Positions 50,610 to 59,530 of a DNA stretch of 64,000 nucleotides are shown piece after piece. This DNA is from Microgenomates group bacterium Gr01-1014_16 (GTDB taxonomy: Bacteria > Patescibacteriota > Microgenomatia > CAZETR01 > Amesbacteraceae). The notes under the pieces were generated by a model. That model did not search any database. It saw only the letters and a list, made by a program, of their open reading frames with translations, and was not told the origin of the DNA. The DNA lies in contig VMGA01000001.1 of NCBI GenBank assembly GCA_007376345.1, positions 61,747-125,746 of the forward strand. Reading direction: 5' to 3'. The position numbers were made by a program, and so were the translations under genes. Numbering within the stretch: position 1 is the stretch's first letter; each line of letters starts with the position of its first letter.

Positions 50610-52115
50610 TTACTTGGGATTGATTTCGGCGAAGCGGGTGTCGCCTAGGTCAAATAAAATGTGCTGGCTGGAGGGGAAATCGCCGAAACTGCTAATTAGT
50701 AAGGCATTTTGGAGTTTACTTTCGCGTTCCCAGTGAAAATCATGGAATTCGTATTTGCCTAGGTTCCAGCTTTCCAGCTGGTCCACGTATAGTTTGTCCG
50801 CTTTGACATAACGAATCCAATCCTGGGTGTGTTTTTGATAATCTAGGGGGTCCCATTTGGAATAAAACGCGACAAAGATGTGCGGTACGGAAAAGACACG
50901 GGAAAAGTGGATGGTGTCATATTTAGAGTTGATGGCAATCGCCTTGGTAAAAACTTCTTTGTAGTTAACGCGCTGGCTATAAATGGGGTTTTTTGGCAGT
51001 TTGATCAGATATGTTTGAACTAATAATATGAATGAGACGAGAATAACCGGAATGAGTACTTTGTAGTACCGGGAGAGAGCAGCCAGGCCGTAGGCGGAAA
51101 GCAGAACCGTCAAGGGAAAAATGGTAATAGCCCGTTGAGAATTAGAACTTTCGGTCAATGCAGCCGGGATTGGTGCGAGTAGTAACCAGATCAATAAATA
51201 AGAAAACTGCTTGTGACGGATCAAAAGAATCGCACCGATAGCAATAAAAATAATTTCTACTGGGTAGTGCAGCGGAGTCCCGGGAAAATTGAGGTGGGAG
51301 AAATCAGGACGATGACCGGTAAAGTAAAAGCCAGGTGAAAAGTAAGATAGATAATTTGTGAAAAATTGATCAGCATAAAATATATATTTATTATCAAAAA
51401 GAGTCGGAGGAGATTTTCGATTACTAAGATAACTTAAAGTATTGGCGGCAGAAAAGATGCCGACGTCACTGGCACGTTTGAGAACAGATTTATAATTAAT
51501 AACTATCGGCAGCAAAGCCAGGGCAAAAATTAATAAAACAGGCTTGAAAAATTTTTGACGAATGACTAATGCGACAATAAATAAAATGGTGAATATACGC
51601 CACGAGTGATACGAGTAGAGATTAACTCCCCAAGTTAAGAATGCCCAGTTGTAGCGCTTTTTTAAGAATAGATATAGTCCAAGTGGGAAAAGAAGTATGC
51701 CCAAGCCTCCTTCCCATGCATTTCTGGATAATTGCATGTGCCAGGGGGAAATGGTCAGCAAAAACGCAGATATTAGTGCGATTTTTTCGGGAAAAAGTTC
51801 TTTTGCTAGAAGATAAAGAATTAGTATGGATAAAGTCCCGATTATGGCAGTTGGAAGACGAACGGCGAATTCGTTTAGACCGAAGATGGCTATTGTAGGA
51901 ATGGCGGTGTACATATAGAGAGGAGGTTTGAAGTCGCCAAAGCCGCGGGGAAAGAGAGGTAAAAATTGACCCCAACTATCACGGCCAGTTTTGAGAATCG
52001 AGTAGGCATCGTAACCCTGGCCGGCTTCATCGGCAGTAAATCCAGCCGGAAATTTATCCAGCCATACAACGCGCAAAATTAATCCCAAAAAAAGAATTAA
52101 ATATAAGCGTTTCAT
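50610..52115 (-). CDS. GT-C glycosyltransferase, PMT/ArnT-like (paralog)
   Basis: ADEAGQGYDAYSILKTGRDSWG...GFGDFKPP, FGLNEFAVRLP motifs. Confidence 0.88.
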   Translation of the reverse strand: MKRLYLILFLGLILRVVWLDKFPAGFTADEAGQGYDAYSILKTGRDSWGQFLPLFPRGFGDFKPPLYMYTAIPTIAIFGLNEFAVRLPTAIIGTLSILILYLLAKELFPEKIALISAFLLTISPWHMQLSRNAWEGGLGILLFPLGLYLFLKKRYNWAFLTWGVNLYSYHSWRIFTILFIVALVIRQKFFKPVLLIFALALLPIVINYKSVLKRASDVGIFSAANTLSYLSNRKSPPTLFDNKYIFYADQFFTNYLSYFSPGFYFTGHRPDFSHLNFPGTPLHYPVEIIFIAIGAILLIRHKQFSYLLIWLLLAPIPAALTESSNSQRAITIFPLTVLLSAYGLAALSRYYKVLIPVILVSFILLVQTYLIKLPKNPIYSQRVNYKEVFTKAIAINSKYDTIHFSRVFSVPHIFVAFYSKWDPLDYQKHTQDWIRYVKADKLYVDQLESWNLGKYEFHDFHWERESKLQNALLISSFGDFPSSQHILFDLGDTRFAEINPK

Positions 52116-53677
52116 TATTTTGTGAGTATGAAGTAAAGCGGCAATCCGGTAGGAGACGAAATAATTTGATCGATGTTTACACCACCAACTGTACCTGTGC
52201 CGACTTCATCACGGACACTGGCCAAATAGGCCTCTCCAGGCTGAAGTAGATCTCTAAATCCAGTTTCGGCGATTTTGTTTTTCAGAGTGCCGAAATAGTA
52301 TTTGCCAATACTGAATCCGTCGAATCCTGCTGCAGGCGTTGAATCACGAAGTGGATATTGGCTTTGAAAAGTAGCCGGGTCATAGGCATACCAAAACAGA
52401 AATCGGGAAAGTGTAAACTCGTAAGTATTATTGAAATATACCCGGGTGAGAACAGGGTCAAGGGATTTGAGATGAGTCATGGCAGTTTTGTAGCCCGGCT
52501 GCCAGAAACGCCAGCCATCAATAGTCCATTCCGAGTAATACCGGTATAGATAAAAACTGAAGTTGAATACTGCAAACGCGGAAAGTGCAAAAAAAAGAAT
52601 TTTCCGATTCCACAGAGCATTAATACCGGCGGCGGAAAGAAGAATAAGGGGGGGGAGCATGACGATGAGGCGGCCGGCGTGGTTGCCACCATCTTTGGTC
52701 AGGGCAGAGGCTAATGGAGCAATCAGTAGCCATAATATTATTTTTTTGTTTTTGAAGACAAAGAGACCGGTAATTATGGTTATTGCTTCAAAAATATAAA
52801 GCATGCCCATGCTGCCAACGGAGTGACGCAAAACCGGATCGCCGCCAAAAAATAAAAACTCGGTGGAGAAAGATTTAAGATAATTGTTTAAAATTTCCTG
52901 GGGATAGTAAACATATCTGTTACGAAATATCCGAGTAATAAAAGAGGGTTTTTGAATCCGACGAAGAGTTAAATCATCGCGTAATGTAGAGTCTGAAAAC
53001 ACAGAAATTTGGGAAAATCTTTTTGAGGCCACTTGCTGACTAAGGCCATAAATAAACGGTAGTAATAAAATAATTGCTAAAATTGACGGGGTAATTATTT
53101 TTTTGAACGAAGGTCTAAGAACAAGTATTAGTAAAGGAATGAATACTGTAGCTACAGAGTAGGAATAAAAAGAGAGAGCGAAGGCCAGGGCGGAAAAAAC
53201 GTAGCGTTTACGCAAAAAAAGAGTCACACCAACAGTGGACAATAAAACTATAGCCAAATTGTCGTTGGACCAGCGGGAGAACTGGATATGCCAGGGAGAG
53301 ATGGCTGTCAGAATTGCTGCTATTAAACCCAGGCGAGACCCTCCAAATTGATAGCCCAAAACAAAAATGGCTAAGATTGAGAGCAAGGATAGAATGACAA
53401 GAGGAAGACGGACTGTCCACTCATTAAGACCGAAGACGGTAAAGGGGACTGTCAGATAGTGAAGAAGGGGCAAGCGATACTCAGAGAAGGATTGGAGGAA
53501 AACGGGCAGGGGGTGGCCTAGATAGTCACGGCCGGTTTTATAGAGAGAGTGAGCCTGGATGCCGACGTCGATCTCGTCTCCGGTCAGCTCGACCGGAAGG
53601 GAATTGAGACGGTAAAGTCTCAAAATTGAGGCTACGGCCAAAATGACCAGGAGCAAAACCCAGGGTCGCCGAAACAT
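52115..53677 (-). CDS. GT-C glycosyltransferase, PMT/ArnT-like (paralog)
   Basis: GDEIDVG.QA.SL.KTGRDY.G..LP...QSFSEYR, FGLNEWTVRLP, SPWHIQFSR motifs. Confidence 0.88.
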   Translation of the reverse strand: MFRRPWVLLLVILAVASILRLYRLNSLPVELTGDEIDVGIQAHSLYKTGRDYLGHPLPVFLQSFSEYRLPLLHYLTVPFTVFGLNEWTVRLPLVILSLLSILAIFVLGYQFGGSRLGLIAAILTAISPWHIQFSRWSNDNLAIVLLSTVGVTLFLRKRYVFSALAFALSFYSYSVATVFIPLLILVLRPSFKKIITPSILAIILLLPFIYGLSQQVASKRFSQISVFSDSTLRDDLTLRRIQKPSFITRIFRNRYVYYPQEILNNYLKSFSTEFLFFGGDPVLRHSVGSMGMLYIFEAITIITGLFVFKNKKIILWLLIAPLASALTKDGGNHAGRLIVMLPPLILLSAAGINALWNRKILFFALSAFAVFNFSFYLYRYYSEWTIDGWRFWQPGYKTAMTHLKSLDPVLTRVYFNNTYEFTLSRFLFWYAYDPATFQSQYPLRDSTPAAGFDGFSIGKYYFGTLKNKIAETGFRDLLQPGEAYLASVRDEVGTGTVGGVNIDQIISSPTGLPLYFILTK

Positions 53678-53679
53678 GG

Positions 53680-55488
53680 CTATATTCTATCCTGAACCCA
53701 GCGTTCATGCCAGAAGCTGAAGGCAAAGACCATCCAGAGCGTGCGAAGACGCTTTTTGGCGAACAGTGAATCGACAAATTGAGTGGGGAAATAATCCCGA
53801 ATAGCAGATCGGTAAACATAAGATTTGACCAAATTTGAGAGTGGACCGGAAATCCAGTCCGCCAGGGGTAATCCAAAGCCTTTTTTGGGTCGGCGCCGGA
53901 TGTTTTCAGGTAACTTATCTTTTAATAAGTTACGCAAAGGGAGTTTGGTTTCAAATAACGAAGTGAAACTTTCGTGGCGGGTAAAAGCGTAGGAAATAAT
54001 ATCCCGATCCAGATAAGGCACACGGACTTCCAGGCTGTTGAACATAGATGACCGGTCGGATTTCAAGAGCATGGCGTCGCGCATATAGGTTTGAAAATCG
54101 ATTAACTGGGCGGTTTTGACCGAGTCTGCTGGATAATTGGAAAAAAGCAATTCTTTGATGGGAGATGTTTGGAAAAAATGGGGAGGGGCGAGTTGGCCGG
54201 TGGTGAAATAGACCATCCATTGTAATTGGCGGCGGGTGGGAGAAAGACCCAAGCCGGAAATAAAATTTGCTAAAGTGTCGCCAAATTTGTAGCTAGATGA
54301 AAAAAGAGGCAACTTTATCGGTGGTAAATTGTGGGATAGTGAAGAAAGTTCTCTGGGGACAAACGGCAGATAGTTGGCAAAACGATGGCCTAAATAAGTG
54401 GGATAGCCGGCAAAAATTTCATCTCCGCCGTCGCCGGACAGAGCAACTTTGACGTGCTGACTAGCAAGTTGGTCTACGTGGTAGGTGGGAAAAAGGGACG
54501 GATCGGCAAACGGCTGATCCATAAGTTTTTGAATACGTGGAAAATCTGAAAGAAAGTCGGTGGCAGAGTAGGATTTGTCAAAGTGATGAGTGCCTAAGAT
54601 TTTAGAGACTTGGGCGGCGTGATGACCTTCATTGTAATCGGCATTGGCAAAAGAAATAGAAAAACTCTTGACATCGTGGTTTTGGCGCTTTAAATAATAC
54701 GCTAAGATAGATGAATCCAATCCCCCTGAAAGCAGTAAGCCAACAGGAACATCGGCGATGGCTTGACGAGCAACGACGGTGTCCAGTAATTCATCCAGAT
54801 TATCTGTTCCTGCATACGACTGCGAAAATAAGTCGTAATACTGATGGATTTTTAGACCGGCTTTTGAGAAAGTTAACGTATGGCCAGGGGGAAGCTGATA
54901 AATGTCTTTATAAATAGTTTTTGGGGTAGGGACATAGCCTAGATATGAATATAAGAATAAAGAATCAGGATCGATTTGGGGAGTGGGAATAATAGATAGA
55001 ATTGTTTTTATTTCAGAACCGAATATTATTTTTGAACCGGAGTGATAATAAAATAACGGCTTGATTCCGGCGTGGTCGCGGGCTAGCAGCAGTCTTTGAT
55101 TTTTTTCGTCCCAGAGAGCTAGGGCGAACATGCCGTTTAATTTTTTGAGAAAATCTTTGCCTGAATCTTCATAGAGATGAACTATCGTTTCGGTGTCCGA
55201 TGTTGTTTTTAAGGCGTGGCCTTTTTGATATAGTTGTTCCCGGATGTGTTTGTAGTTGTAAATTTCCCCGTTGAAAATGACAGTTAAAGATCCATCTTCG
55301 TTGCTGATAGGCTGGTCGCCGGTGACCAGATCGATAATTTTCAAACGGCGGATGCCCAGACCGACGTAATTTTTAACAAAATGTCCACCTGAGTCCGGCC
55401 CGCGATGAATAATTTGGTGAGTCATTTTCTCAATCTGAGATACTTTTACTCTAGATCCAAAATCGACAATTCCGGCTATTCCGCACAT
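53680..55488 (-). CDS. asnB: Asparagine synthase (glutamine-hydrolysing) family amidotransferase
   Basis: N-terminal MCGIAG, HRGPD, FNGEIYN, LSGGLDSS, SGDGGDEIFAGY, DRSSM..SLEVRVP, KKGF. In this context it may amidate glycan sugars. Confidence 0.92.
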   Translation of the reverse strand: MCGIAGIVDFGSRVKVSQIEKMTHQIIHRGPDSGGHFVKNYVGLGIRRLKIIDLVTGDQPISNEDGSLTVIFNGEIYNYKHIREQLYQKGHALKTTSDTETIVHLYEDSGKDFLKKLNGMFALALWDEKNQRLLLARDHAGIKPLFYYHSGSKIIFGSEIKTILSIIPTPQIDPDSLFLYSYLGYVPTPKTIYKDIYQLPPGHTLTFSKAGLKIHQYYDLFSQSYAGTDNLDELLDTVVARQAIADVPVGLLLSGGLDSSILAYYLKRQNHDVKSFSISFANADYNEGHHAAQVSKILGTHHFDKSYSATDFLSDFPRIQKLMDQPFADPSLFPTYHVDQLASQHVKVALSGDGGDEIFAGYPTYLGHRFANYLPFVPRELSSLSHNLPPIKLPLFSSSYKFGDTLANFISGLGLSPTRRQLQWMVYFTTGQLAPPHFFQTSPIKELLFSNYPADSVKTAQLIDFQTYMRDAMLLKSDRSSMFNSLEVRVPYLDRDIISYAFTRHESFTSLFETKLPLRNLLKDKLPENIRRRPKKGFGLPLADWISGPLSNLVKSYVYRSAIRDYFPTQFVDSLFAKKRLRTLWMVFAFSFWHERWVQDRI

Positions 55489-55491
55489 GTT

Positions 55492-56433
55492 TTATAAATT
55501 CTTGACTTCTTTAATTTCGTAAATGGGTTTTTGGCGGGATTCGAAGTAGACGCGAACCATGAGCTCGGACATGAGGCCTAAAAGAATAAACGATACGCCG
55601 ATGAAGACCAGAAACATAGCTATAATAAACATGGGGTTGTTGTGGACATAGATGCCAAGCCAAATTTTACGATAGACAACCTGGGCAAAAGCGGGAACAG
55701 AAAGAGCCAGGGAGACGAGGCCGCCGGTACCGAAAATATAGGCCGGCTTAGTGGAGTAGGAATCCAGAAATTTTGTGGTAATAATATCGATAATGGTTTT
55801 AACTGAACGGGAATAACCATATTTGGATTTACCATGGGCGCGGGGACGGTGGTTGACTGCTATTTCTTTATATTTGGCTCCGCGAAGGACAATGAGCAAA
55901 GAAAGAAGACGGTGATTTTCGCCGTAAAGGCGCATGTTAGCCAGCAAATCCCTACGGACAATACGAATGGAACAACCCAGATCTTTAATTGTGACATGAA
56001 AGATGATCCGGATGAGCCAGTTGGCGATTTTGGAGACGACGACGCGGATCAGATCATCATGTCGGTTTTTGCGCCAGCCAAACACGGCGTCGGTATTGGC
56101 GTCAATCAGATTGAACATCGGTAGCAAGTCAGAGGGAGGATTTTGACCGTCGGCATCAAGAAAGGCGACTAAGTCCCCATGGCTATTATCTATTCCTGCT
56201 GATGTGGCCGCAGTTTGGCCGGTATTTCGCCAGAAACGAATAAGTTTGACGGTAATGTTGGGGTGAGAGGAAGTAGAAATAGAAGAGTTGTCCGTGCTGC
56301 CGTCGTCGATATAGATTACCTCTGTCTGGTCTGATATTTTGGAAAGGGTTTCGCAGAGTTCCGCGTGGAGACGGGGAAGACTTTCGGCTTCGTTTTTGAA
56401 GGGAATAATGACTGAAAGTTTGGGATTGGCCAT
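55492..56433 (-). CDS. GT2 undecaprenyl-phosphate glycosyltransferase (ArnC/GtrB-like, two C-terminal TM helices)
   Basis: DDGSTD, RNTGQTAA, DADGQNPP, DLGCS, LYGENHR motifs. Confidence 0.9.
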   Translation of the reverse strand: MANPKLSVIIPFKNEAESLPRLHAELCETLSKISDQTEVIYIDDGSTDNSSISTSSHPNITVKLIRFWRNTGQTAATSAGIDNSHGDLVAFLDADGQNPPSDLLPMFNLIDANTDAVFGWRKNRHDDLIRVVVSKIANWLIRIIFHVTIKDLGCSIRIVRRDLLANMRLYGENHRLLSLLIVLRGAKYKEIAVNHRPRAHGKSKYGYSRSVKTIIDIITTKFLDSYSTKPAYIFGTGGLVSLALSVPAFAQVVYRKIWLGIYVHNNPMFIIAMFLVFIGVSFILLGLMSELMVRVYFESRQKPIYEIKEVKNL

Positions 56434-56448
56434 GGCTTTTGATATTAT

Positions 56449-57324
56449 ATGCCTGTGCTGTCGGTTATCATAGTCTCCTATAATACACGGGAAATTACGC
56501 TGGAATGCCTGAAGCGAATCAGGGCCGATGAGATCATCGTTGTGGACAATGCCTCGAGTGATGGGTCGGTGGAGGAGATAAAAAAACGATATAAGGATAT
56601 TAGGATATTACAGAATAAAACTAATGTGGGATTTGCGGCGGCAAATAACCAGGGGATGAAAATTGCAAAGGGAGATAAGATTTTATTGTTAAATTCGGAT
56701 TGTTTTGTAAATACGGATACACTCGATAAGATTCAAGATTCAATGTTCAAGATTCAATCTGATGTAATTGGTTGCAGGTTATTAAATAAAGACGGGTCGG
56801 TGCAGCAATCGTGGGGGTATTTCCCAAGTTTACGAAGAATTACTCTCATGATGCTGTTTATTGATAATTTGCCGATAATTAGAAAGTTTATAGATTCGAT
56901 TCATGTCAGGGATGTGGCCAGATACGAAAAAGAACAAGAGGTGGATTGGGTGACGGGGGCGTTTGTGATGTTCAAGCGTGAAGTTTTTGAGAAGGTTGGG
57001 GGAATTGATGAGAAGTATTTTATGTACGGAGAAGAGATGGAGTGGATGTACCGGATAAAACAGGCCGGATTTAAGGTGTGGTATTCTCCCGTTGGGTCGG
57101 CCACGCATTTGCTGGGTGCCAGTTCGTCAAATCGAGCTCCGGCGGTGGTTGGGGAAATGAGAGGCTGGATTTATTGGTTTTCCAAACACAATCCCGTCTG
57201 GCAGCAAAGATTATTGCCTTATGTAATATTATTTGGCTGTTTGTTACGAATTGTACTTAAGCCTAAGTTATCGAGTTTTTACCGCCAAGCAATTTCTGAA
57301 ATTTTTGCCCCGACCAAGAGATGA
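56449..57324 (+). CDS. Glycosyltransferase family 2 (WbbL/rhamnosyltransferase-like)
   Basis: IIVSYNT, DNASSDGS, GFAAANN, LLNSD, DWVTGA, FMYGEE motifs. Confidence 0.9.
   Translation: MPVLSVIIVSYNTREITLECLKRIRADEIIVVDNASSDGSVEEIKKRYKDIRILQNKTNVGFAAANNQGMKIAKGDKILLLNSDCFVNTDTLDKIQDSMFKIQSDVIGCRLLNKDGSVQQSWGYFPSLRRITLMMLFIDNLPIIRKFIDSIHVRDVARYEKEQEVDWVTGAFVMFKREVFEKVGGIDEKYFMYGEEMEWMYRIKQAGFKVWYSPVGSATHLLGASSSNRAPAVVGEMRGWIYWFSKHNPVWQQRLLPYVILFGCLLRIVLKPKLSSFYRQAISEIFAPTKR
56728..56757. repeat. In-frame heptamer tract (AAGATTC)x4, one degenerate unit
   Basis: Encodes KIQDSMFKIQ. An 8-mer tract (GATATwAG x3) also lies at 56588-56611. Confidence 0.8.
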
Positions 57325-58042
57325 GCCACATCAGATAGTGCTTTAGCGGGCCGTTGTACCAGATGCTGGATTGCCATAAGTATTTTTGGGCAAGAGGGGA
57401 TTTTTTTGAACTTTGGCCGTGTTCGTGAATAATTGTGATATTTGGATTGAAGTAGACTTTGAGACCGGTGACGCGGATGCGGAGACAATAATCCAGATCT
57501 TCGTAGTACATAAAGACTTTCTCTGTCATCAAACCAATTTTATTTAGTGTTTGTTTGGGAAAAAACATGCAAGCTCCTGATATCGCATTTACTATTGATG
57601 GCGACGAAGGAGAATATTTCTGTGAAGATTTAAATAGAGACGGTTCGGGGAAGACGGAGCCTTGGGGTGTGCCATCTGGGTCAACAAATTTGGGCCCCAT
57701 GACGCCTATGTCCGAATGGGACTTGGTAAATTCCAGGGCTTTGGTAAAGAAATCTTTGGGGATACGGGCGTCTGGGTTTAGCAGCAAAATATAGTCTCCC
57801 CTGCTCTGGCGCAAACCAATATTAATAGCCTTGGGAAAGCCGATGTTATTAAAATTGGCTACGACTTTGACTCCTGCAAATGATTTGGCAATCTTAACTG
57901 AGTCATCCGTGGAGGCATTATCGATAACAAATACTTCCAGATTCGGATATTTGGCGGCAAACACCGACTCCAGACAGCGCTTTAATGACTGCGCCACATT
58001 CCAGCTGACAATGATTACACTTATTTTCGGTTCCTTGCTCAT
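57263..58042 (-). CDS. Glycosyltransferase family 2 (WbbL-like)
   Basis: IIVSWN, DNASTD, LLNPD, SGACM, FMYYEDLD motifs. Confidence 0.9.
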   Translation of the reverse strand: MSKEPKISVIIVSWNVAQSLKRCLESVFAAKYPNLEVFVIDNASTDDSVKIAKSFAGVKVVANFNNIGFPKAINIGLRQSRGDYILLLNPDARIPKDFFTKALEFTKSHSDIGVMGPKFVDPDGTPQGSVFPEPSLFKSSQKYSPSSPSIVNAISGACMFFPKQTLNKIGLMTEKVFMYYEDLDYCLRIRVTGLKVYFNPNITIIHEHGQSSKKSPLAQKYLWQSSIWYNGPLKHYLMWLISWSGQKFQKLLGGKNSIT

Positions 58043-58050
58043 GTTTTATT

Positions 58051-58116
58051 TAACTACCATACTACAGAGTATGGTAAATAATAAATTAATTCTAATACTA
58101 GGTAGTATTGTAATTA
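58051..58116. repeat. Inverted pair of 30-bp sites: type A on - at 58087-58116 (TAATTACAATAC-TACCTA-GTATTAGAATTA) and type B on + at 58051-58080 (TAACTACCATAC-TACAGA-GTATGGTAAATA)
   Basis: Site A starts with the TAA stop of 58114..58740. The two sites are 6 nt apart, and ATG 58042 follows after 8 nt. Confidence 0.9.
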
Positions 58117-58740
58117 TTGTTTATTAGCTTTTATTAACTTTCTGAATAAGATGTACATTAACAAAAATATCGAACTAATTGAGAAAGTAAGAAGTATAAA
58201 CGAGAGGGGATTGGGTGCAAATCTAGATAGGTATGACAAGAGTAATGTACCGGGGATCGCGGCGATTGAAGATGTAATAATGTATGTGGAAAATTTCATT
58301 GAAGTAAATCCGGCGGCGTATGATACAAGATCATGAAAGTGACCCAAAAAGATTCTGAAACTTAGCAGCGAAAGTATTCCGTACTCTTTAGCGTATTCAT
58401 CAATTTTGTTTATTCCGGATTTACCAACAAGTTTTGCCACTAAAGACCGCCCCCAAATCCTGGCGATCCAGAAGTTGGTGAAGAAGCTTATATAAGCTGC
58501 TATTGTGGCATAAATAATGACATTTTGACCGAATAAAACGTGGCCAGCGAATAATGCTGGCATGCCGCTTAGGGGGGCAATTATATAAGAAGTGAGAGAA
58601 AGGAGAATGAATATTACCGGAGCCAGGACTCCAAACTGACTGATGAAAGCGCGGACGGTATCTTGGGAAATCGAAAGACTAACTGCGAAAAATATCAAAA
58701 AAATAAATCCTCCTATTATATAAGGCACGAATTTTTTCAT
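58114..58740 (-). CDS. VTT/DedA (TVP38/TMEM64) family membrane protein
   Basis: APLSG, FWIARIWGR, FRIF...DLVSYAAG.TSM, AAIPG motifs. Confidence 0.88.
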   Translation of the reverse strand: MKKFVPYIIGGFIFLIFFAVSLSISQDTVRAFISQFGVLAPVIFILLSLTSYIIAPLSGMPALFAGHVLFGQNVIIYATIAAYISFFTNFWIARIWGRSLVAKLVGKSGINKIDEYAKEYGILSLLSFRIFLGHFHDLVSYAAGFTSMKFSTYIITSSIAAIPGTLLLSYLSRFAPNPLSFILLTFSISSIFLLMYILFRKLIKANKQ

Positions 58741-59513
58741 AACATGCGACCGAGAGCCATTAAAGTTGGTATGAGATAGCCTGGGTGGTGAAAGATCCTA
58801 GATATTAGATGAGAGATGTGAGAGGGATAGTATTTTGAGTCGAGATTTTTCCAGTGACATAATAAATAATTACGGTCTTTGATTAATTGAAGTGACTTTT
58901 TAGAGTAAGTTGCATTGAAAGTGGATTCGGGTGCAGCATGGGTGACTTTGGCTTTGGGATCCCAGATGATTTCATATCCTCTGTTGCGTGCCCTCCAGCT
59001 AATGTCCAGGTCTTCATAATAACCCGGTGAAAATTTAGGATCAAAGCCTCCCAAGGCATCCCAGTAGGATTTACGAAATGCTGCACTTCCGCCTGAAGCC
59101 CAAAACGATGAATGGATTTTGTCATCTAATTTACCGTTTGAGAATTCCAAAAAACCGTTTTTGATCTTAGCGTCAGCCCAAGAGCGGCCTTGTTCGTTGA
59201 AGGTGACGGCAAAGACTTTGGGGTCTTTAAAATGAGGCAGGGTGTATTTGAGTAAGTCTTTGTCCGGCTTAACGTCCTGGTTTAACAAGATGACAATATC
59301 GCCGGAAGCGGCGGAGAAGCCGTCATTGACGGACGAGGGAAAGCCCAGGTTTTTGGGGTGACGGATGAGCTTCACACCTACGAGGCGTACAGGCTGGGTT
59401 GAGGCATCGTCGACAATGATTATTTCGTCGGCGCCCAAAGCTTGAACCGAGGGCAAGTTAGCATCCAGAAATTTTTGGCCGTTGAAGGCCGGAATAACGA
59501 CCGAAGTGGTCAT
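58737..59513 (-). CDS. Glycosyltransferase family 2
   Basis: VIPAFNG, VDDAST, NLGF..SVN, LLNQD, ASGGS, YYEDLD motifs. In-frame heptamer tract at 58793-58824. Confidence 0.9.
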   Translation of the reverse strand: MTTSVVIPAFNGQKFLDANLPSVQALGADEIIIVDDASTQPVRLVGVKLIRHPKNLGFPSSVNDGFSAASGDIVILLNQDVKPDKDLLKYTLPHFKDPKVFAVTFNEQGRSWADAKIKNGFLEFSNGKLDDKIHSSFWASGGSAAFRKSYWDALGGFDPKFSPGYYEDLDISWRARNRGYEIIWDPKAKVTHAAPESTFNATYSKKSLQLIKDRNYLLCHWKNLDSKYYPSHISHLISRIFHHPGYLIPTLMALGRML

Positions 59514-59530
59514 TGATCCATTATACTTTA

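Noticed and set aside
52648-52655. G8 tract (C8 on the coding strand) as a phase-variation switch
   Set aside because: Single short tract encoding Leu-Pro-Pro-Leu in an intact frame; no evidence of slippage without reads.
53680-55488. AsnB as a lasso-peptide cyclase or other novel system
   Set aside because: It has an intact N-terminal Cys glutaminase domain, no precursor or B-protein genes are nearby, and AsnB-like amidotransferases are common in polysaccharide loci.
39999-58116. The 30-bp sites as classical integron attC sites or intrinsic terminators
   Set aside because: They lack RYYYAAC/GTTRRRY boxes and are shorter than attC sites. Stems are AT-rich with no consistent U-tract, and they lie 7-8 nt before a co-oriented start codon.
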